In this document: positions 55,891-64,000 of the stretch, piece after piece
Numbering within the stretch: the first letter of the stretch is position 1
Layout: the number at the start of each line of letters is the position of its first letter
DNA from: Auanema rhodensis
Taxonomy: Eukaryota; Animalia; Nematoda
Assembly (NCBI GenBank): GCA_964057225.1
Contig: OZ059896.1
Span: forward strand, 15,500,001-15,564,000
Length of the DNA stretch: 64,000 nucleotides
Direction of reading: 5' to 3'
Translations under genes and position numbers: made by a program
The notes under the pieces: generated by a model
Told to the model about the DNA's origin: nothing
Databases searched by the model: none
What the model saw: only the letters and a program-made list of their open reading frames with translations

Positions 55891-58800
55891 AAATGACGTC
55901 ATTTTTCTCATGACGCGTCAATTTTCAAAACCAAATTAGAAGGAACGGTTGCACTCCATACATATTCCGAAAAGAAAGGTAAGCATTCGCTTACGACCAT
56001 ACCACGTTGAAAGTACGCCATCCCGTCCGATCTGGCAAGTCAAGCAACGTTGGGCCCGGTTAGTACTTGGATCGGAGACGGCTTGGGAATCCCGGGTGCC
56101 GTAAGCTTTTCCTTTTTCTCATATTTTCATATAGTTTATCATCTTTAGTTACCTATATGGTATACGGTTAACTAGAAATGCTTTCGTTTTCCGAGACAAC
56201 TGTTAGACAGCTTTGCGCAGTGGCGATAACGTGACCAATGAGGCTTTGCCGAGGTGCGTTTATTGCTGGTTGAAAACTTTTCCCAATTACCCGCGATATT
56301 CCCTGAAACATGGGTGATATACGCAATTTTTGAATGCCTGATAAGGCTGATTAGCATATTATGGTAGATTGTTCCACGTGAAATGACGTCATTTTTCTCA
56401 TGACGCGTCAATTTTCAAAACCAAATTAGAAGGAACGGTTGCACTCCATACATATTCCGAAAAGAAAGGTAAGCATTCGCTTACGACCATACCACGTTGA
56501 AAGTACGCCATCCCGTTCGATCTGGCAAGTCAAGCAACGTTGGGCCCGGTTAGTACTTGGATCGGAGACGGCTTGGGAATCCCGGCTGCCGTAAGCTTTT
56601 CCTTTTTCTCATATTTTCATATAGTTTATCATCTTTAGTTACCTATATGGTATACGGTTAACTAGAAATGCTTTCGTTTTCCGAGAGAACTGTTAGACAG
56701 CTTTGCGCAGTGGCGATAACGTGACCAATGAGGCTTTGCCGAGGTGCGTTTATTGCTGGTTGAAAACTTTTCCCAATTACCCGCGATATTCCCTGAAACA
56801 TGGGTGATATACGCAATTTTTGAATGCCTGATAAGGTTGATTAGCATATTATGAAAGATTGTTCCACGTTAAATGACGTCATTTTTCAAAACCAAATTAG
56901 AAGGAACGGTTGCACTCCATACATATTCCGAAAAGAAAGGTAAGCATTCGCTTACGACCATACCACGTTGAAAGTACGCCATCCCGTCCGATCTGGCAAG
57001 TCAAGCAACGTTGGGCCCGGTTAGTACTTGGATCGGAGACGGCTTGGGAATCCCGGGTGCCGTAAGCTTTTCCTTTTTCTCATATTTTCATATAGTTTAT
57101 CATCTTTAGTTACCTATATGGTATACGGTTAACTAGAAATGCTTTCGTTTTCCGAGAGAACTGTTAGACAGCTTTGCGCAGTGGCGATAACGTGACCAAT
57201 GAGGCTTTGCCGAGGTGCGTTTATTGCTGGTTGAAAACTTTTCCCAATTACCCGCGATATTCCCTGAAACATGGGTGATATACGCAATTTTTGAATGCCT
57301 GATAAGGCTGATTAGCATATTATGGAAGATTGTTCCACGTGAAATGACGTCATTTTTCTCATGACGCGTCAATTTTCAAAACCAAATTAGAAGGAACGGT
57401 TGCACTCCATACATATTCCGAAAAGAAAGGTAAGCATTCGCTTACGACCATACCACGTTGAAAGTACGCCATCCCGTCCGATCTGGCAAGTCAAGCAACG
57501 TTGGGCCCGGTTAGTACTTGGATCGGAGACGGCTTGGGAATCCCGGGTGCCGTAAGCTTTTCCTTTTTCTCATATTTTCATATAGTTTATCATCTTTAGT
57601 TACCTATATGGTATACGGTTAACTAGAAATGCTTTCGTTTTCCGAGAGAACTGTTAGACAGCTTTGCGCAGTGGCGATAACGTGACCAATGAGGCTTTGC
57701 CGAGGTGCGTTTATTGCTGGTTGAAAACTTTTCCCAATTACCCGCGATATTCCCTGAAACATGGGTGATATACGCAATTTTTGAATGCCTGATAAGGCTG
57801 ATTAGCATATTATGGAAGATTGTTTCACGTGAAATGACGTCATTTTTCTCATGACGCGTCAATTTTCCAAACCAAATTAGAAGGAACGGTTGCACTCCAT
57901 ACATATTCCGAAAAGAAAGGTAAGCATTCGCTTACGACCATACCACGTTGAAAGTACGCCATCCCGTTCGATCTGGCAAGTCAAGCAACGTTGGGCCCGG
58001 TTAGTACTTGGATCGGAGACGGCTTGGGAATCCCGTGTGCCGTAAGCTTTTCCTTTTTCTCATATTTTCATATAGTTTATCATCTTTAGTTACCTATATG
58101 GTATACGGTTAACTAGAAATGCTTTCGTTTTCCGAGACAACTGTTAGACAGCTTTGCGCAGTGGCGATAACGTGACCAATGAGGCTTTGCCGAGGTGCGT
58201 TTATTGCTGGTTGAAAACTTTTCCCAATTACCCGCGATATTCCCTGAAACATGGGTGATATACGCAATTTTTGAATGCCTGATAAGGCTGATTAGCATAT
58301 TATGGAAGATTGTTCCACGTGAAATGACGTCATTTTTCTCATGACGCGTCAATTTTCCAAACCAAATTAGAAGGAACGGTTGCACTCCATACATATTCCG
58401 AAAAGAAAGGTAAGCATTCGCTTACGACCATACCACGTTGAAAGTACGCCATCCCGTTCGATCTGGCAAGTCAAGCAACGTTGGGCCCGGTTAGTACTTG
58501 GATCGGAGACGGCTTGGGAATCCCGGGTGCCGTAAGCTTTTCCTTTTTCTCATATTTTCATATAGTTTATCATCTTTAGTTACCTATATGGTATACGGTT
58601 AACTAGAAATGCTTTCGTTTTCCGAGACAACTGTTAGACAGCTTTGCGCAGTGGCGATAACGTGACCAATGAGGCTTTGCCGAGGTGCGTTTATTGCTGG
58701 TTGAAAACTTTTCCCAATTACCCGCGATATTCCCTGAAACATGGGTGATATACGCAATTTTTGAATGCCTGATAAGGCTGATTAGCATATTATGGAAGAT

Positions 58801-61800
58801 TGTTTCACGTGAAATGACGTCATTTTTCTCATGACGCGTCAATTTTCCAAACCAAATTAGAAGGAACGGTTGCACTCCATACATATTCCGAAAAGAAAGG
58901 TAAGCATTCGCTTACGACCATACCACGTTGAAAGTACGCCATCCCGTTCGATCTGGCAAGTCAAGCAACGTTGGGCACGGTTAGTACTTGAATCGGAGAC
59001 GGCTTGGGAATCCCGGGTGCCGTAAGCTTTTCCTTTTTCTCATATTTTCATATAGTTTATCATCTTTAGTTACCTATATGGTATACGGTTAACTAGAAAT
59101 GCTTTCGTTTTCCGAGACAACTGTTAGACAGCTTTGCGCAGTGGCGATAACGTGACCAATGAGGCTTTGCCGAGGTGCGTTTATTGCTGGTTGAAAACTT
59201 TTCCCAATTACCCGCGATATTCCCTGAAACATGGGTGATATACGCAATTTTTGAATGCCTGATAAGGCTGATTAGCATATTATGGAAGATTGTTCCACGT
59301 GAAATGACGTCATTTTTCTCATGACGCGTCAATTTTCCAAACCAAATTAGAAGGAACGGTTGCACTCCATACATATTCCGAAAAGAAAGGTAAGCATTCG
59401 CTTACGACCATACCACGTTGAAAGTACGCCATCCCGTCCGATCTGGCAAGTCAAGCAACGTTGGGCCCGGTTAGTACTTGGATCGGAGACGGCTTGGGAA
59501 TCCCGGGTGCCGTAAGCTTTTCCTTTTTCTCATATTTTCATATAGTTTATTATCATTAGTTACCTATATGGTATACGGTTAACTAGAAATGCTTTCGTTT
59601 TCCGAGACAACTGTTAGACAGCTTTGCGCAGTGGCGATAACGTGACCAATGAGGCTTTGCCGAGGTGCGTTTATTGCTGGTTGAAAACTTTTCCCAATTA
59701 CCCGCGATATTCCCTGAAACATGGGTGATATACGCAATTTTTGAATGCCTGATAAGGCTGATTAGCATATTATGGAAGATTGTTTCACGTGAAATGACGT
59801 CATTTTTCTCATGACGCGTCAATTTTCCAAACCAAATTAGAAGGAACGGTTGCACTCCATACATATTCCGAAAAGAAAGGTAAGCATTCGCTTACGACCA
59901 TACCACGTTGAAAGTACGCCATCCCGTTCGATCTGGCAAGTCAAGCAACGTTGGGCCCGGTTAGTACTTGGATCGGAGACGGCTTGGGAATCCCGTGTGC
60001 CGTAAGCTTTTCCTTTTTCTCATATTTTCATATAGTTTATCATCTTTAGTTACCTATATGGTATACGGTTAACTAGAAATGCTTTCGTTTTCCGAGACAA
60101 CTGTTAGACAGCTTTGCGCAGTGGCGATAACGTGACCAATGAGGCTTTGCCGAGGTGCGTTTATTGCTGGTTGAAAACTTTTCCCAATTACCCGCGATAT
60201 TCCCTGAAACATGGGTGATATACGCAATTTTTGAATGCCTGATAAGGCTGATTAGCATATTATGGAAGATTGTTCCACGTGAAATGACGTCATTTTTCTC
60301 ATGACGCGTCAATTTTCCAAACCAAATTAGAAGGAACGGTTGCACTCCATACATATTCCGAAAAGAAAGGTAAGCATTCGCTTACGACCATACCACGTTG
60401 AAAGTACGCCATCCCGTTCGATCTGGCAAGTCAAGCAACGTTGGGCCCGGTTAGTACTTGGATCGGAGACGGCTTGGGAATCCCGGGTGCCGTAAGCTTT
60501 TCCTTTTTCTCATATTTTCATATAGTTTATCATCTTTAGTTACCTATATGGTATACGGTTAACTAGAAATGCTTTCGTTTTCCGAGACAACTGTTAGACA
60601 GCTTTGCGCAGTGGCGATAACGTGACCAATGAGGCTTTGCCGAGGTGCGTTTATTGCTGGTTGAAAACTTTTCCCAATTACCCGCGATATTCCCTGAAAC
60701 ATGGGTGATATACGCAATTTTTGAATGCCTGATAAGGCTGATTAGCATATTATGGAAGATTGTTCCACGTGAAATGACGTCATTTTTCTCATGACGCGTC
60801 AATTTTCCAAACCAAATTAGAAGGAACGGTTGCACTCCATACATATTCCGAAAAGAAAGGTAAGCATTCGCTTACGACCATACCACGTTGAAAGTACGCC
60901 ATCCCGTTCGATCTGGCAAGTCAAGCAACGTTGGGCCCGGTTAGTACTTGGATCGGAGACGGCTTGGGAATCCCGGGTGCCGTAAGCTTTTCCTTTTTCT
61001 CATATTTTCATATAGTTTATTATCTTTAGTTACCTATATGGTATACGGTTAACTAGAAATGCTTTCGTTTTCCGAGACAACTGTTAGACAGCTTTGCGCA
61101 GTGGCGATAACGTGACCAATGAGGCTTTGCCGAGGTGCGTTTATTGCTGGTTGAAAACTTTTCCCAATTACCCGCGATATTCCCTGAAACATGGGTGATA
61201 TACGCAATTTTTGAATGCCTGATAAGGCTGATTAGCATATTATGGAAGATTGTTTCACGTGAAATGACGTCATTTTTCTCATGACGCGTCAATTTTCCAA
61301 ACCAAATTAGAAGGAACGGTTGCACTCCATACATATTCCGAAAAGAAAGGTAAGCATTCGCTTACGACCATACCACGTTGAAAGTACGCCATCCCGTTCG
61401 ATCTGGCAAGTCAAGCAACGTTGGGCCCGGTTAGTACTTGGATCGGAGACGGCTTGGGAATCCCGGGTGCCGTAAGCTTTTCCTTTTTCTCATATTTTCA
61501 TATAGTTTATTATCTTTAGTTACCTATATGGTATACGGTTAACTAGAAATGCTTTCGTTTTCCGAGAGAACTGTTAGACAGCTTTGCGCACTGGCGATAA
61601 CGTGACCAATGAGGCTTTGCCGAGGTGCGTTTATTGCTGGTTGAAAACTTTTCCCAATTACCCGCGATATTCCCTGAAACATGGGTGATATACGCAATTT
61701 TTGAATGCCTGATAAGGCTGATTAGCATATTATGGAAGATTGTTCCACGTGAAATGACGTCATTTTTCTCATGACGCGTCAATTTTCCAAACCAAATTAG

Positions 61801-64000
61801 AAGGAACGGTTGCACTCCATACATATTCCGAAAAGAAAGGTAAGCATTCGCTTACGACCATACCACGTTGAAAGTACGCCATCCCGTCCGATCTGGCAAG
61901 TCAAGCAACGTTGGGCCCGGTTAGTACTTGGATCGGAGACGGCTTGGGAATCCCGGGTGCCGTAAGCTTTTCCTTTTTCTCATATTTTCATATAGTTTAT
62001 TATCTTTAGTTACCTATATGGTATACGGTTAACTAGAAATGCTTTCGTTTTCCGAGACAACTGTTAGACAGCTTTGCGCAGTGGCGATAACGTGACCAAT
62101 GAGGCTTTGCCGAGGTGCGTTTATTGCTGGTTGAAAACTTTTCCCAATTACCCGCGATATTCCCTGAAACATGGGTGATATACGCAATTTTTGAATGCCT
62201 GATAAGGCTGATTAGCATATTATGGAAGATTGTTTCACGTGAAATGACGTCATTTTTCTCATGACGCGTCAATTTTCCAAACCAAATTAGAAGGAACGGT
62301 TGCACTCCATACATATTCCGAAAAGAAAGGTAAGCATTCGCTTACGACCATACCACGTTGAAAGTACGCCATCCCGTTCGATCTGGCAAGTCAAGCAACG
62401 TTGGGCCCGGTTAGTACTTGGATCGGAGACGGCTTGGGAATCCCGGGTGCCGTAAGCTTTTCCTTTTTCTCATATTTTCATATAGTTTATCATCTTTAGT
62501 TACCTATATGGTATACGGTTAACTAGAAATGCTTTCGTTTTCCGAGACAACTGTTAGACAGCTTTGCGCAGTGGCGATAACGTGACCAATGAGGCTTTGC
62601 CGAGGTGCGTTTATTGCTGGTTGAAAACTTTTCCCAATTACCCGCGATATTCCCTGAAACATGGGTGATATACGCAATTTTTGAATGCCTGATAAGGCTG
62701 ATTAGCATATTATGGAAGATTGTTTCACGTGAAATGACGTCATTTTTCTCATGACGCGTCAATTTTCCAAACCAAATTAGAAGGAACGGTTGCACTCCAT
62801 ACATATTCCGAAAAGAAAGGTAAGCATTCGCTTACGACCATACCACGTTGAAAGTACGCCATCCCGTTCGATCTGGCAAGTCAAGCAACGTTGGGCCCGG
62901 TTAGTACTTGGATCGGAGACGGCTTGGGAATCCCGTGTGCCGTAAGCTTTTCCTTTTTCTCATATTTTCATATAGTTTATCATCTTTAGTTACCTATATG
63001 GTATACGGTTAACTAGAAATGCTTTCGTTTTCCGAGACAACTGTTAGACAGCTTTGCGCAGTGGCGATAACGTGACCAATGAGGCTTTGCCGAGGTGCGT
63101 TTATTGCTGGTTGAAAACTTTTCCCAATTACCCGCGATATTCCCTGAAACATGGGTGATATACGCAATTTTTGAATGCCTGATAAGGCTGATTAGCATAT
63201 TATGGAAGATTGTTCCACGTGAAATGACGTCATTTTTCTCATGACGCGTCAATTTTCCAAACCAAATTAGAAGGAACGGTTGCACTCCATACATATTCCG
63301 AAAAGAAAGGTAAGCATTCGCTTACGACCATACCACGTTGAAAGTACGCCATCCCGTTCGATCTGGCAAGTCAAGCAACGTTGGGCCGGGTTAGTACTTG
63401 GATCGGAGACGGCTTGGGAATCCCGGGTGCCGTAAGCTTTTCCTTTTTCTCATATTTTCATATAGTTTATCATCTTTAGTTACCTATATGGTATACGGTT
63501 AACTAGAAATGCTTTCGTTTTCCGAGACAACTGTTAGACAGCTTTGCGCAGTGGCGATAACGTGACCAATGAGGCTTTGCCGAGGTGCGTTTATTGCTGG
63601 TTGAAAACTTTTCCCAATTACCCGCGATATTCCCTGAAACATGGGTGATATACGCAATTTTTGAATGCCTGATAAGGCTGATTAGCATATTATGGAAGAT
63701 TGTTCCACGTGAAATGACGTCATTTTTCTCATGACGCGTCAATTTTCCAAACCAAATTAGAAGGAACGGTTGCACTCCATACATATTCCGAAAAGAAAGG
63801 TAAGCATTCGCTTACGACCATACCACGTTGAAAGTACGCCATCCCGTTCGATCTGGCAAGTCAAGCAACGTTGGGCCCGGTTAGTACTTGGATCGGAGAC
63901 GGCTTGGGAATCCCGGGTGCCGTAAGCTTTTCCTTTTTCTCATATTTTCATATAGTTCATCATCTTTAGTTACCTATATGGTATACGGTTAACTAGAAAT
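55891..64000 (+). repeat. 5S rDNA array, block 5 (17 full genes; continues beyond the window)
   Basis: Nearly all units are 490 bp; first gene at 55989-56107. Confidence 0.97.

Noticed and set aside
136-63784. Dozens of near-identical 60-110 aa ORFs (e.g. MTRHEKNDVISRG...)
   Set aside because: Chance frames across the 5S spacer and gene, multiplied by the tandem repeat; variable, mostly non-ATG starts; no recognisable domain
47-64000. CRISPR-like repeat array
   Set aside because: The spacers are identical rather than unique, the unit contains a eukaryotic 5S gene, and there are no cas genes

Overview
The window is a nematode-type 5S rDNA tandem array on the + strand. It holds about 46 full-length 119-nt genes and 8 copies truncated at the 5' end, in units of about 490, 472 and 416 bp. 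Four different LTR retrotransposons interrupt it and fill about 38 of the 64 kb. Elements A (6509-18848, -) and D (43817-55890, +) are related but divergent, intact, young Ty3/Gypsy elements. Each has ONE ~3000-aa ORF in the order Gag, signal peptide, glycoprotein, TM, PR-RT-RNaseH-IN. The glycoprotein resembles herpes gB/chuvirus class III fusogens and carries a furin-type site and a Thr-rich mucin-like tract, so the envelope gene sits between gag and pol. A and D also share a tRNA-Gln PBS, 4-bp TSDs and non-canonical LTR ends (...AATGGAACG; TG..CG in A, CG..CG in D). Element C (32652-40979, +) is a near-intact BEL/Pao element with a phlebovirus-like Gn/Gc (class II) env after integrase, inserted inside a 5S gene. 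Element B (26879-31720, +) is a deleted BEL/Pao element carrying accessory genes. Other signals are antisense intron-containing genes inside B and D, a ~400-nt nested hairpin in the 3' UTR of D, and an SmY-like Sm-site motif in the 5S spacer. The many 60-110 aa ORFs in the array are artefacts of the repeat. All homology calls come from motif recognition by eye; no searches were run.
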